The notes: generated from the letters alone by a model not told the origin. A stretch of 64,000 nt of DNA from Eledone cirrhosa (GCA_964016885.1 CAXHJY010000401.1:62001-126000), one strand, 5' to 3'. Counted from the first letter of the stretch, positions 40,383 to 55,571 are shown. Numbers and translations are program-made.

Positions 40383-42812
40383 TCGTGCCAACCCTTACCT
40401 ATGGTCATAAATCTGGGGTAATGAAAGAATATGATCGCGAATACAAGTGGCCGAAATTGTGTTCCTCCGAAGGGCTTTTAGAGTAACCTTACTCGATAGA
40501 ATGTGTAGCTCAGAGATCAGAGAGTCACTCCAAGTAGAGCTGCTACTTCTCCGAATTGAGAGATCACAGCTCTGATACTATGGACATGTGGTTAGAATGT
40601 CTCAGGAAAGAATCACTGGACAGATTTGTAGCTCAGAGATCAGAGAGTCACCCCAAGTAGAGCTGCTACTTCTCCGAATTGAGAGATCACAGCTCTGATA
40701 CTATAGACATGTGGTTAGAATGTCTCAGGAAAGAATCACTGGACAGATTTGTAGCTCAGAGATCAGACAGTCACTCCAGGTAGAGCTGCTACTTCTCTGA
40801 ATTGAGAGATCACAGCTCTGATACTATAGACATGTGGTTAGAATGTCTCAGAAAAGAATCACTGGACAGATTTGTAGCTCAGAGATCAGACAGTCACTCC
40901 AGGTAGAGCTGCTACTTCTCTGAATTGAGAGATCACAGCTCTGATACTATAGACATGTGGTTAGAATGTCTCAGAAAAGAATCACTGGACAGATTTGTAG
41001 CTCAGAGATCAGACAGTCACTCCAGGTAGAGCTGCTACTTCTCTGAATTGAGAGATCACAGCTCTGATACTATAGACATGTGGTTAGAATGTCTCAGAAA
41101 AGAATCACTGGACAGATTTGTAGCTCAGAGATCAGACAGTCACTCCAGGTAGAGCTGCTACTTCTCTGAATTGAGAGATCACAGCTCTGATACTATAGAC
41201 ATGTGGTTAGAATGTCTCAGAAAAGAATCACTGGACAGATTTGTAGCTCAGAGATCAGACAGTCACTCCAGGTAGAGCTGCTACTTCTCTGAATTGAGAG
41301 ATCACAGCTCTGATACTATGGACATGTGGTTAGAATGTCTCAGGAAAGAATCACTGGACAGATTTGTAGCTCAGAGATCAGACAGTCACTCCAGGTAGAG
41401 CTGCTACTTCTCTGAATTGAGAGATCACAGCTCTGATACTATAGACATGTGGTTAGAATGTCTCAGAAAAGAATCACTGGACAGATTTGTAGCTCAGAGA
41501 TCAGACAGTCACTCCAGGTAGAGCTGCTACTTCTCTGAATTGAGAGATCACAGCTCTGATACTATAGACATGTGGTTAGAATGTCTCAGAAAAGAATCAC
41601 TGGACAGATTTGTAGCTCAGAGATCAGAGAGTCACCCCAAGTAGAGCTGCTACTTCTCCGAATTGAGAGATCACAGCTCTGATACTATAGACATGTGGTT
41701 AGAATGTCTCAGGAAAGAATCACTGGACAGATTTGTAGCTCAGAGATCAGAGAGTCACTCCAGGTAGAGCTGCTACTTCTCTGAATTGAGAGATCACAGC
41801 TCTGATACTATAGACATGTGGTTAGAATGTCTCAGGAAAGAATCACTGGAGAGTCACCCCAGGTAGAGCTGCTACTTCTCCGAATTGAGAGATCACAGCT
41901 CTGATACTATAGACATGTGGTTAGAATGTCTCAGGAAAGAATCACTGGACAGATTTGTAGCTCAGAGATCAGACAGTCACTCCAGGTAGAGCTGCTACTT
42001 CTCTGAATTGAGAGATCACAGCTCTGATACTATAGACATGTGGTTAGAATGTCTCAGGAAAGAATCACTGGAGAGTCACCCCAGGTAGAGCTGCTACTTC
42101 TCTGAATTGAGAGATCACAGCTCTGATACTATGGACATGTGGTTAGAATGTCTCAGGAAGGAATCACTGGAGAGTCACCCCAGGTAGAGCTGCTACTTCT
42201 CTGAATTGAGAGATCACAGCTCTGATACTATGGACATGTGGTTAGAATGTCTCAGGAAGGAATCACTGGAGAGTCACCCCAGGTAGAGCCGCTACTTCTC
42301 TGAATTGAGAGATCACAGCTCTGATACTATGGACATGTGGTTAGAATGTCTCAGGAAAGAATCACTGGATAGATTTGTAGCTCAGAGATCAGACAGTCAC
42401 TCCAGGTAGAGCTGCTACTTCTCTGAATTGAGAGATCACAGCTCCGATACTATGGACATGTGGTTAGAATGTCTGAGGAAAGAATCACTGGAGAGTCGCT
42501 CCAGGTAGAGCTGCTACTTCTCCGAATTGAGAGATCACAGCTCTGATACTATGGACATGTGGTTAGAATGTCTCAAGAAAGAATTGATGGACATATTTTA
42601 TGGCCCAAACCAACCGGTAGGAGACCCAGGGGTAGACTCCGAGTAAGATGGTTGGATAACATCCATGAGCTCAGCTGGTCTCGCTTGAAGATTCAGTTGG
42701 ATCAGTTGGGGACGGTTGCTTCTGACAGGACCCACCGGAAGGAGTGCTTGAGGACTCTGCACCCCACGACACTCTCAGGAAGAAGTGGGCGAAGAAGAAG
42801 AAGAAGAAGAAG
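40383..42812 (+). mobile_element. RTE-clade LINE 3' end with internal tandem expansion and (GAA)n tail
   Basis: PTLTYGH...RIQVAEIVFLRR...TLLDRMCSSEIRESLQVELLLLRIERSQL*YYGHVVRMSQER...PTGRRPRGRLRVRWLDNI. Confidence 0.9.
40503..42582. repeat. 123-bp/99-bp minisatellite, ~18 copies, derived from the RTE ORF
   Basis: gtagagctgctacttct recurs every 123 bp, or every 99 bp where a 24-nt block is missing. Confidence 0.95.
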
Positions 42813-42944
42813 CTTCTGACATTACATTCATTATAGTTGCTGACTGTAGCATTGAGCTTTAAATCATCTTGATATGTCACAACCAGATTAACCTCTCAAA
42901 TTAGAAGTCGTTTATATACCCCCCCCCTCCCCCACACACACAAT

Positions 42945-44142
42945 ATGTATGTATGTATGATGTATGTATGATGTATGTATGTATGTATTATGTATGTATG
43001 ATGTATGTATGTATGTATGATGTATGTATGATGTATGTATGTATGTATGTATTATGTATGTATGATGTATGTATGTATGTATTATGTATGTATGATGTAT
43101 GTATGTATGTATTATGTATGTATGATGTATGTATGTATGTATGATGTATGTATGTATGATGTATGTATGTATGATGTATGTATGTATGTATGATGTATGT
43201 ATGTATGATGTATGTATGATGTATGTATGTATGTATGATGTATGTATGTATGTATTATGTATGTATGATGTATGTATGTATGTATGTATGTATGTATGAT
43301 GTATGTATGTATTATGTATGTATTATGTATGTATATATGTATTATGTATGTATTATGTATGTATGTATGTATGATGTATGTATGATGTATGTATGTATGT
43401 ATTATGTATGTATGTATGTATTATGTATGTATGTATGTATGATGTATGTATGTATGTATGTATGTATGATGTATGTATGATGTATGTATGTATGTATGTA
43501 TGTATGTATGTATGTATGTATTATGTATGTATTATGTATGTATGTATGTATTATGTATGATGTATTATGTATGTATGATGTATGTATGATGTATGTATGT
43601 ATGTATGTATGTATGTATGTATGTATTATGTATGTATTATGTATGTATGTATGTATGTATGTATGTATGTATGTATGTATTATGTATGTATTATGTATGT
43701 ATGTATGTATTATGTATGTATGATGTATGTATGTATGTATTATGTATGTATTATGTATGTATGTATGTATTATGTATGATGTATTATGTATGTATGATGT
43801 ATGTATGATGTATGTATGTATGTATGTATGTATGTATGTATTATGTATGTATTATGTATGTATGTATGTATGTATGTATGTATGTATTATGTATGTATTA
43901 TGTATGTATGTATGTATTATGTATGTATGATGTATGTATGTATGTATTATGTATGTATTATGTATGTATGTATGTATGTATGTATGTATGATGTATGTAT
44001 TATGTATGTATGTATGTATTATGTATGTATGATGTATGTATGTATGTATGTATGTATGTATTATGTATGCATTATGTATGTATGTATGTATTATGTATGT
44101 ATGATGTATGTATGTATGTATGTATTATGTATGTATGTATGT
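42945..44142. repeat. (TATG)n microsatellite with TGA/TTA interruptions
   Basis: Direct reading. Confidence 0.95.
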
Positions 44143-44284
44143 TTAGAGACTCCTAGTGTTCATTAAGACATCTCTCTAGGTGAAGGTCACTCTGATATAA
44201 AACCTACGACTTCGTTTGTATCTATTGATGTTGACCAGTTGGTCTTTAAGGGCGAAATGCATTTGATGTTCAGAGAGTGGGATG

Positions 44285-44347
<63 letters not shown>

Positions 44348-44472
44348 GTATATATGTGTATATATTGTTATACTTGGGGAGGGTCATATTGTTGTAATAT
44401 TGCCAGAAATAATAACAGAACACACTCACTGTTTGGTTGGTTTTCGCTTCTGTATCTTTTATATCTCCATAG

Positions 44473-44519
<47 letters not shown>

Positions 44520-44525
44520 TGTGTG

Positions 44526-44563
<38 letters not shown>

Positions 44564-44692
44564 GTGTGTATGTATATATATATGTATATATATATGTATA
44601 TATATATGTATGTATAATAAATTATATATATATAATATATGTATATATATATATACATATATATATATATACATATATTCATATATATATAC

Positions 44693-44852
<160 letters not shown>

Positions 44853-44908
44853 GATACATATATATAAAATGCATTATATATGTGTGTATATATATGTATA
44901 TATTAGTC

Positions 44909-44968
<60 letters not shown>

Positions 44969-45187
44969 CACATATACTCAACATTTTACCGATGACCAAA
45001 ACAATTTATTTTTTTCTTGAAGCCCAGACACGACGAACAGACCGATGCTGGGGTCGGGTTTACGGGTGGATATACAGTAGAAACATAAAAATATGTAAAC
45101 GAACTGTCATTGTTATTTTCTCATTACACACACAGCCCCCTTCCCCCGTATGTATATATATAGGAGGGTGGGTGTGAGTATTATATT

Positions 45188-45268
<81 letters not shown>

Positions 45269-45467
45269 GTATATATACAGAGAGAGAGGGAGGGAGAGAG
45301 AGAAATGACTTCCACGAAACTAAATCTATTTCATTCATATGAAATCAGTTCTAGTCCTATAAAAGTAATTTCTATATAGAGTTAATAAAGATGCCTGTAC
45401 TGTACTAATTTATTGAGTACCTTTCTTAACTGAGCACCCTGCCCCGAAATAACTCGCAAATCTACAT

Positions 45468-45506
<39 letters not shown>

Positions 45507-45531
45507 GTGTGTATGTATGAATGTATATATG

Positions 45532-46790
45532 TGGCTGGCTTAGGTTCTATGTAAAAAGCTATAGACACGAGTCTAGCTTGATCTGTTCATGTAATGGCTG
45601 GCTTAGGATCTATGTAAAAACCTATTGACACGAGTCTAGCCTGATCTGTTTATGTAATGGCTGGCTTAGGATCTATGTAAAAACCTATAGACACGAGTCT
45701 AGCTTGATCTGTTCATGTAATGGCTGGCTTAGGATCTATGTAAAAACCTATTGACACGAGTCTAGCCTGATCTGTTTATGTAATGGCTGGCTTAGGATCT
45801 ATGTAAAAAACCTATAGACACGAGTCTAGCTTGATCTGTTCTTGTAATGGCTGGCTTAGGATCTATGTAAAAAACCTATAGACACGAGTCTAGCTTGATC
45901 TGTTCATGTAATGGCTGGCTTAGGATCTATGTAAAAAACCTATAGACACGAGTCTAGCTTGATCTGTTCTTGTAATGGCTGGCTTAGGATCTATGTAAAA
46001 AACCTATAGACACGAGTCTAGCTTGATCTGTTCATGTAATGGCTGGCTTAGGATCTATGTAAAAACCTATAGACACGAGTCTAGCCTGATCTGTTCATGT
46101 AATGGCTGGCTTAGGATCTATGTAAAAACCTATAGACACGAGTCTAGCTTGATCTGTTCATGTAATGGCTGGCTTAGGATCTATGTAAAAAACCTATTGA
46201 CACGAGTCTAGCTTGATCTGTTCTTGTAATGGCTGGCTTAGGATCTATGTAAAAACCTATTGACACGAGTCTAGCTTGATCTGTTCATGTAATGGCTGGC
46301 TTAGGATCTATGTAAAAAGCTATAGATACGAGTAGCTAGATCTGTTTATGTAATGGCTGGCTTAGGATCTATGTAAAAAGCTATAGACACGAGTCTAGCT
46401 TGATCTGTTCTTGTAATGGCTGGCTTAGGATCTATGTAAAAACCTATAGACACGAGTCTAGCTTGATCTGTTTATGTAATGGCTGGCTTAGGATCTATGT
46501 AAAAACCTATAGACACGAGTCTAGCTTGATCTGTTCATGTAATGGCTGGCTTAGGATCTATGTAAAAACCTATAGACACGAGTCTAGCTTGATCTGTTCA
46601 TGTAATGGCTGGCTTAGGATCTATGTAAAAAGCTATAGATACGAGTCTAGCTTGATCTGTTCATGTAATGGCTGGCTTAGGATCTATGTAAAAAGCTATA
46701 GACACGAGTCTAGCTTGATCTGTTCATGTAATGGCTGGCTTAGGATCTATGTAAAAAGCTATAGACACGAGTCTAGCTTGATCTGTTCTT
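45532..46790. repeat. 63-bp minisatellite, ~20 copies
   Basis: Unit ggctggcttaggatctatgtaaaaacctatagacacgagtctagcttgatctgttcatgtaat; the A-run length varies. Confidence 0.95.
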
Positions 46791-47037
46791 CAGATCTGTT
46801 AATCAAGCCCAACCAAAATCTCATCTCATACGTACCTTCCTCGTTAAACCATCTACTGAGCCACTTCATATTATGCGAGAGTTGAGCTTTGACAATATAT
46901 AAACAACCTTCCGGTTATCCAACCAACCAACCAACCAACTAACCGGAAACTCATAATAAATTGAAGTGAAAATCAGCAGGTGCATGTGTTTTTATTGGCA
47001 ACATGACCATCCTAAAGTATAACAATATATATATATG

Positions 47038-47095
<58 letters not shown>

Positions 47096-47374
47096 CATAT
47101 ATATATATATATATGTTTCTACAAGATTTTTACGTAAATCCTGGTTCTTATTAATGCTGTAATTGGAAACTTGTTGTTTTTCTCTGGATTAATGTCCAAT
47201 ATAAAACTGTACTTCACAACCTTAGGAAGAACACTTGGCGTTTAATTACTTTGAATTAACAGTTGTACTTAAACCGGAACAGGCCTACACATCTTGCAAG
47301 AGCGATGTATGTATGTATGTATGTATGTATGTATGTATGTATGTATGTATGTATGTATGTATGTATGTATGTAT

Positions 47375-47730
47375 GTTTCTCTTTCTCTTAATTTCGAGTA
47401 CATTTTTGACCGGCCACCTTCCTGGTGGCAAGGTTGCAAAAGAACAGAAATTGTCATCCCTTGAATCACAAGAATGTTTTGCAAATTTTGAAGGTGCCAG
47501 ATATCGCGGCCATTTGTAGTCTATGAATTAGGGAGCTGCGATCTTTCTCCACAAATCCAAGTTCAGTTATACTTTGGTCCAAGCGGGTTGGTATATAACC
47601 CGTAGCTCCAATAATGATTGGTATGAAGCTAAAGGTGTATCTTGGATACTGGATCTGCAAACTCCTCATCAATGGTCCGTAGATGTCCTCCTTCTCTTGT
47701 ACTTTTCTTACAACGTTGACATCAAGAGCT
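47375..47730 (-). mobile_element. R4/Dong-like non-LTR element 3' end (restriction-like endonuclease C-terminus)
   Basis: EKEDIYGPL...FIPIIIGATGYIP...LQMAAISGTFKICKTFL*, then a short UTR and (TACA)n. Confidence 0.78.
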
Positions 47731-47845
47731 GCTGATCGCTACAACAGAGCACGTTTTCAGGGCTATAATTAAGGCCTATGTATATATGTATGTATGTACA
47801 CACGCATGGACACGTAGCTTTTGATGGAATCATTGAGGGCCCCGT

Positions 47846-47903
<58 letters not shown>

Positions 47904-48239
47904 CCATATACACAAATATGTAAGTCAGGGTCGCTTCTACCATGAAAGCCAACAAGGTAAATGTTTAGGGCACAGACCTGACATAGGTGTATTACTGAAC
48001 CTTAAAGGACCACAGTTTTATACGGGGTTATTATTAAGTCCAACTAGCCAACCACCTAGGCTGTACACAGCAGGGAAGTGCATTACTGAACATTCAAGGA
48101 TCGCAAATTTAATATTACATATTCATACAAATATGGAGGATTAAATTCTGAAGTCTTTAAAGTCTGTTTCGAGCCCGGAGTCTCTTCAGGCAGTTGTTTA
48201 TCTCGTTTTCTATGGCGTTAAGCGACTGAAATCGCAGGG

Positions 48240-48395
48240 TTAAACGCCCCAAGTATTGTTGGTTCTCATTTTCAGCTGAGTGTACTTGAGCAACTTGAAA
48301 TAAAATGTTTTTGCTCAAGAACACGACAGCCCAGTCCAGGAATGGAACCCACGGCGTTCTGATCATAAGTCCAGTACCCTTACCACGAGGCCACT
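48240..48395 (-). mobile_element. SINE family B-like copy
   Basis: cagctgagtgtacttgagcaacttgaaataaaatg...ttgctcaagaacac, with a tRNA-like head on the minus strand. Confidence 0.7.
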
Positions 48396-48526
48396 AGGAT
48401 TACATTGAATATATAACAATGTTCTATTTAATAACTAGCTTATCGATACAACCAATCTATAGTCAATCAATCAATCAATTAATTAATCTATCTATTTATC
48501 AATCTGTCTGTCTATCTATCTCTGTC

Positions 48527-49200
48527 TCAGATGCGTGTGCGACGAGGAAACCGTTGCACACGCATTGGTACACTGCTCGGGCATTGCCGATCTGTGGGGC
48601 TATGTCGAACAACTGCTGTCAAGGGTGGGACCGATCCGGTTGACCACCGAGTCTATTGTAACGATCAAGCCGCCTCCCCTCTTCAAAAACGAAGGAGAGG
48701 CGGTGTTTCTGTGCGTAATAGCCATGGCGAAAGAGGTTGTATGGTGGACGCGTCTGAAAGGACTGAGGTCAGACACCTTTCTCTCTGGCCAACAACTGAT
48801 CCGCTTCTTCCGATATCATTTCGGAAGAAGGATCAGGAGGGAGAGAGAGGTGCTGTACCCCAGCCGTTTCTATGAAAGGTGGGTGAAAGTGGCGAGAATG
48901 GCCCGTGTGAATGGGCCTTCACTCTACATCAGACTGTAGGTGAGAAAGATGAAAGATCAAGGGAGCACCCTCTCTCTGTGCTCCTGAGGAGAAGGGTTGC
49001 ACACTTTTTTCGGGGGTGTGTGCGACCCCCCAAGGCGCCTCCTCTCTATTGAGGATTTTGTTATTCAATTTATTTTTGTTATATTTTATATTTTTATATT
49101 TTGTTATTGCCTCCTCCTTATTGAGGACGCCTTGTTTTGTAAACTCCCCCCATTGTACTTGTCCCACTTTTGATGCCCTGGTGGCAAATAAAAAGAAAGT
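48527..49200 (+). mobile_element. L1/Tx1-clade LINE 3' end
   Basis: CxC-DEETVAHALVHC...W zinc knuckle, AKEVVWWTR, stop at 48939, and a 3' UTR ending aataaaaagaaag. Confidence 0.82.
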
Positions 49201-49663
49201 TATCTATCTTTCTCTCTCTCTCTCTCTTTCTCTATCTCTATCTCTCTTTCTCCCTCTCTATCTCTCTCTCTCTCTCTCCCTATATATATATATATAAAGA
49301 GAGAGATCATCGCCCGGAGTAAAGCAGAAACACCAACAATTTCACCACCACACCACCTCCACCAACAACAAATACATTGTATGTACTGCTGCTGCTGTTG
49401 TTGTTTGTAGTGGTGGTGGTGGTGGTGTGACTTTTTTCTATTTCATGTATATATAGATGTGTGTGTGTGTTTGTATGTATGTATATATGTGTATGTTTGT
49501 ATGTATGTTTGTATGTATATATATATATGTATATATTTATATATATATATGTATATATATGTATATATATATATGTATATATATTCATATAAATACATAT
49601 ATACATTTAAATATATATATACATTTAAATATATATATACATATACATGTATGTATGTATATG

Positions 49664-49715
<52 letters not shown>

Positions 49716-50212
49716 TGTATGTGTATATATACGTATATATTTATTTGTGTGTATATATGTATATATTTATGTGTGTGTGTGTATATATATATGTATATAT
49801 TTATGTGCGTATGTGTATATATATATATATATTTATGTGTGTATATATATATCGTTGAATGGTGAAATAAATAAGAATGTTTACGATACAGGAATCCATT
49901 CATTGAAATCTTCATTGATTCACTGAGACATTCCCCTATTCTGTCTGTTATTCTCTCGTTCTGTCATTCTGTCTATCATTCATTCAGATGTCATTCATAT
50001 ATTTACTGACATCATTCAAGGCTACGTAGGGTGAGGTGGGGCTGGGGAAGAGGAAGAGACTACTGTGTCTCTTTATATATATATATATGCGTGTGTGTGT
50101 GTGTGTGTGTATATATATAAATGTGTGTGTGTGTGTGTGTGTAAAGGGGGAGGGTGAAGGTGAAAAGGAGAAAATAACCAGCTTTCGTTTACCTGTATAC
50201 CTGTTTATTTAT

Positions 50213-50291
<79 letters not shown>

Positions 50292-50459
50292 ATATATTCA
50301 TTTATTTACCTGTATGTGTGAGTGTGGGTGTGCATGGGTCTCCGAAATTATATATGTATATATATATATGTATGTATGTATATATATATATATATATACA
50401 TATATATACATATATATACATATATATACATATATATACATATATATACATATATATAC

Positions 50460-50546
<87 letters not shown>

Positions 50547-50607
50547 CATATATATACATATATATATATATACATATATATACATATATATATATACATA
50601 TATATAC

Positions 50608-50676
<69 letters not shown>

Positions 50677-50720
50677 CATATATATACATATATATATATT
50701 CATACATATATATATATATT

Positions 50721-50777
<57 letters not shown>

Positions 50778-50787
50778 GTATATATAC

Positions 50788-50821
<34 letters not shown>

Positions 50822-51054
50822 GTATAGTGATCGGCTGCTAGCTGAGAACTTCTCACAGCACAAACGTCTTAACGAACAAGAAGACAACGGAGTTGGTATG
50901 TGACGAGTGGGGTATATATATGTGTGTATATGTATATATATATATGTGTGTTTATATATATATATGTGTGTGTATATGTATATATGTGTGTTTATATATA
51001 TATATATGTGTGGGTGTGTATATATATATGTGTGTGTGTATATATATATGTGTT

Positions 51055-51085
<31 letters not shown>

Positions 51086-51354
51086 TTGTATATATATATA
51101 TGTGTGTTTGTATATATATATATGTGTGTGTGTGTATATATATGTGTGTGTATATATGTGTGTGTGTGTGTATATATGTGTGTGTATATATATATATATG
51201 TGGGTTTGTATATATATATGTGGGTGTGTGTGTGTATATATATGTGTTTATATATATATATGTGGGTGTGTATATATATATGTGGGTGTGTATATTTATA
51301 TGTGGGTGTGTATATATATATATGTGGGTGTGTATATATATATATGTGGGTGTG

Positions 51355-51385
<31 letters not shown>

Positions 51386-51803
51386 ATGTGTATATATATA
51401 TGTGTGTGTGTAATTATGTTTCTGGGTGTGTTGAGGGATATATGTGAATAATCTTCGAATGTAGGTTTGTAGGTAGATAGGTATCTATGTATATATGTGT
51501 ACATGTATGTATATATGTATGTAGTATATATGTATGTATATATGTGTATATATATGTGTATATATATGTATATATGTGTACATGTATGTATATATGTATG
51601 TAGTATATATGTATGTATATATGTGTATATGTATGCATGCATGTATGTATGTATGTATATATATATATGTATGTATTTATGTATGTGTGTATGTGTAAAT
51701 ATCTATATATACAGGTATGTATATATGTATATATAAATGTATATGTATGAATGTATGTATGTATATAGATGTATATATATATATATATATATATAGATGT
51801 ATA

Positions 51804-51835
<32 letters not shown>

Positions 51836-51885
51836 ATGTGTGTGTGTGTGTGTGTATATAGATAGTTAGACAGATATGTATGTGA

Positions 51886-51932
<47 letters not shown>

Positions 51933-52216
51933 CACAAGAAGGTTGATATATTCAATTAACAAACTGTATGTATATATTTCTGCAGGTATGTTGATAATGT
52001 GTGTATGTAAGATATATATATATATTCTATATACACCTATATTTCTATGTGTATATATATATATATGCGTATATACATATATCTATATATATATATATGC
52101 ATGCATAAATATATATATCCATAAATATATATATATATATTTATACATATATACGCATATATAAAACATACATATGTGCGTGCATATATATATATATATT
52201 TATATATATATATATT

Positions 52217-52247
<31 letters not shown>

Positions 52248-52251
52248 AAAT

Positions 52252-52421
<170 letters not shown>

Positions 52422-52438
52422 ATATATATAAATATATT

Positions 52439-52499
<61 letters not shown>

Positions 52500-52639
52500 C
52501 GAATGCCTGTCACGCACATGCACAAACATACATACACACATACACACACCTAATAGAGCTGTCGTTCTGTGGTTTGTATAGCTACTTAATTACGGGCACA
52601 CCTGTGCTGCCGCCATTTAAGCTGTATTCATGTCTTTAT

Positions 52640-54030
52640 CGGCGGCGAATTGCCAGAGTCGTCAGAACGCTAGATAGAACGCCTTGTGACATTCGTTCCG
52701 ACACTCTGCTCTCTGAGTTCAAATCCCATCGAGGTTTACTTTGCCTTTCATCCTTTCCAGGTCGATAAAACCAATACCAGTCTTGTACTCGGGTCAATTG
52801 TTCCTCTCTCACTATTTCTCACTTCAGTTCTCTCACTCTTTATCCTTCTCTCCAAGACATCTGCTGTATTCGGGCCTAGACAGGAGAAGGGGTCCGCCAG
52901 GTTTAAATAATTCCTTAGGGTTTCCCGGCGAAACAGGGAGATGTAAGCTAATGCATTAGATATTAATAATTGTTTCTACTTTAGGCACAAGGCCAGCAAT
53001 TACCTAGTGCATTACTGGTACTTTATTTTATCGACCCCGTAAGGATGAAAGGCAAAGTCAACCACGGCGGAATTTGAACTCAGATCGTAAAGGGACGTAA
53101 CTATGCTGGAAAGCATGGCGTCCGACCCTCTACCGATAATTGCTTCTACTTTTGGCACAAGGCCAGCAATTATCCCCTGTGCATTACTGGTACTTTATTT
53201 TATCGACCCCGTAAGGATGAAAGGCAGGAATTGAACTTAGAACGTAAATGGCCATAACCCTATGCCGCAAAGCGTATTGTCGGACGCTCAACCGATACTG
53301 CCAATCCATAATCACATGTTCAGCAATTATACAACTCAGTGATCGACACTTTATTTTATCGATCTCTATCAGGATAGAAGATCACGGGGACCTTGGATTC
53401 TATCCCCTACTTTTTTGGGGGTATTTTCATAAATATAAAAAAAAAAATAAAAAAAACGTGTGTTGTAGCCATTTACTTTCTTCTAAAGCAGCGTTTATGG
53501 ACCGGACCCTTGCGGAACCCTGGAAATAGTTAGCGTGTCTCGGGGAACCCCAGCATAAAAATTATTATATTTCATTATTGGTGGATTGGTAGTATCGTAG
53601 AGGGTCAGACACATGCTTTCCAGCATAGAGTTGCGTCCCTTTACTGTCTGAGTTCAAATAACGCCGAGGTTAACTTTACCTTTCGTCCTTACGGGGTCGA
53701 TAAAATAAAGTACCAGTAATGTACTGGCGTCAATTTAATGCATACATACATACATACATACATGCATGCAAATTGGCAGAGTCGTTAGAGCGTCGGATAG
53801 AATGGTTTACGGGATTCGTTCCAGCTTTCTGCTCTGAGTTGAAATTCCACCGAGGTCAACTTTCATCCTTTCAAGGTCGATAGAATAAAGTACCAGTCTT
53901 GTACTGAGGTCAATTCTTCCTCTATATCTCTTTCAAATTTCCTCTCTCTCACTTTCTATCTTTCTCTGGAAGAAATCTGCTGTACTGAGGCCTGGGGAGG
54001 GATGGGCTCCGCCAGGCTTAATAATTCCCC
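52640..54030. mobile_element. Cluster of SINE A copies (52640-52800 +, 52965-53137 -, 53137-53310 -, 53580-53735 +, 53770-53915 +)
   Basis: Core motif in each copy. 52640-52915 and 53770-54030 also share an extended 3' segment. Confidence 0.85.
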
Positions 54031-54203
54031 TAGAAACGCCGTATGTTAATACAGTGTCCCTGCGGCTCTATCGGGAGTTACGGGACCATACATACATATA
54101 AATATATACATACACATATATATATATACATACACACATATATATATATATATATATACATACATAGATAGATATATATATACATACATATATATCTATC
54201 TAT

Positions 54204-54460
54204 CTAAGGCGGGTAAAATTCCCGAGATCCATGGACGAGCTCTCTCCAGCGGTCTCTGTCCCTCATTATCGCTGCCATGTCCTGCGTCTCCAACAGACCA
54301 GTGTCTGTCCTTAGGGCATCAACATATGTTAACCTTGGTCTTCCTCTTCTAGTGTGTCCATGTAGGGGCTCCCAAAGGAGCACTGAGTGCAATGTCAACT
54401 CTGGATGTCGGTGAGCATGTCCAGCCAACCTCAGTCTCCTCTGTGTCACTTTTGAGCTGT
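54204..54460 (-). mobile_element. RTE-clade LINE 3' end with (AGAT)n tail
   Basis: RRLRLAGHAHRHPE...VLLWEPLHG..RRGRPRLTYVDAL..DTG...MRDRDRWR. Confidence 0.88.
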
Positions 54461-55010
54461 ATAAGTCGTTGGCGACTAAACTGGCAACCCCACCAAGGTT
54501 TCTTGGTGAGGAGGGTGACTTTGGACACCCTGCAGGACTAAAAACAAAACCTGTCAAAGGGCAAAGGAGCTCTTAAGAGTCAATGGCCATCCAAAATCAC
54601 CGGGAGAGATGGCCCCTTAGCCTTTGTCAAGGCAGAATTCTAGGAGAAGGAAAACTCTGATATAACACCTGCAACCCTGATGGTATCCAATGATGTTGAC
54701 TTGTTCTTCTTTTTGGTAAATATCATCTTGGTTAAGAGAGTGGGACTGGCTTTGTGCAGTGCCTTTGCTCACTATAAAAGCTTCACGGCGCAGGCATTGC
54801 TTTATATCTGGAGATCTCTCTGCACTTGTCGTCACATGGTGCCATGGGCCCAGCACTATGTGTCAATAATTGTCACAAGTGTAGTGTTTGTACCAGAGTT
54901 TTGAAGTCGCTGGCTGGACTAAAAAGTCACACTTGTTCAGCACATCGGTAGGGTTTCTCCTACATGGATATAAAGTAGTGGCCGTACTAGAAAACGAGTT
55001 GGCAGCCACC
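54461..55010 (+). mobile_element. Non-autonomous RTE-related element (RTE 5'-UTR-like block plus tail)
   Basis: ttagccttt...ctaggagaaggaaaactctga resembles RTE 5' regions (from memory). Second copy at 3065-3476; ends in (AT)n. Confidence 0.6.
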
Positions 55011-55058
55011 ATATATATATATATATATACACACACACATATAGACATCGATATTAAA

Positions 55059-55136
55059 TTTTCCTTTCTGATGAACGACTTCGGACACCTCCGTTGAGGT
55101 CGCCTGTCTTCTTGAAACCTTTGGTAAATCGAATAA
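55059..55136 (+). ncRNA. Hammerhead motif, family P (decayed stem I)
   Basis: CUGAUGA(55068-74) [cgacuu.cgga/uccg.gaggucg] ... GAAA CC-uuu-GG UA; stem I is mismatched. Confidence 0.55.
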
Positions 55137-55156
55137 TTGTATTGTTGTTTATTACA

Positions 55157-55199
<43 letters not shown>

Positions 55200-55200
<1 letters not shown>

Positions 55201-55345
55201 TAACAAAGAGGGTGTGGTAAGATACCAGGTGGATCATAACGCACCAGAGTACTCAATACTTACGGTAGTAGAGTGGGTAATAGGAAAAGAGTCAGGGCTC
55301 CGACGGCTGAGCTACGGCCCTTTCGACAGCTAGATCCGAACTAAG
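55200..55345 (-). mobile_element. Family S element
   Basis: gtggtaagataccaggtggatcataacgcaccagagtactcaatact...cgacggctgagc...tttcgacagc. Confidence 0.8.
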
Positions 55346-55571
55346 GCACCATTGAGATTATTAGGGTGGGTGAAATATGTACATCACATATCAGTAATAA
55401 ACTTATGAAAATTAACAAAGAGAAGGTAAGACCGAACGAAGGCCGAATAAAAGCAGATTTTGGAAGGGGAAAGTTTTAAAAAAATATTGTTTAAAAATAA
55501 AAATTCAAACGAAAGACACAGAACTTCAGTCTTCAGCCGTTGAGATGGACTTTGGCAGTTTCGACCCCGCC

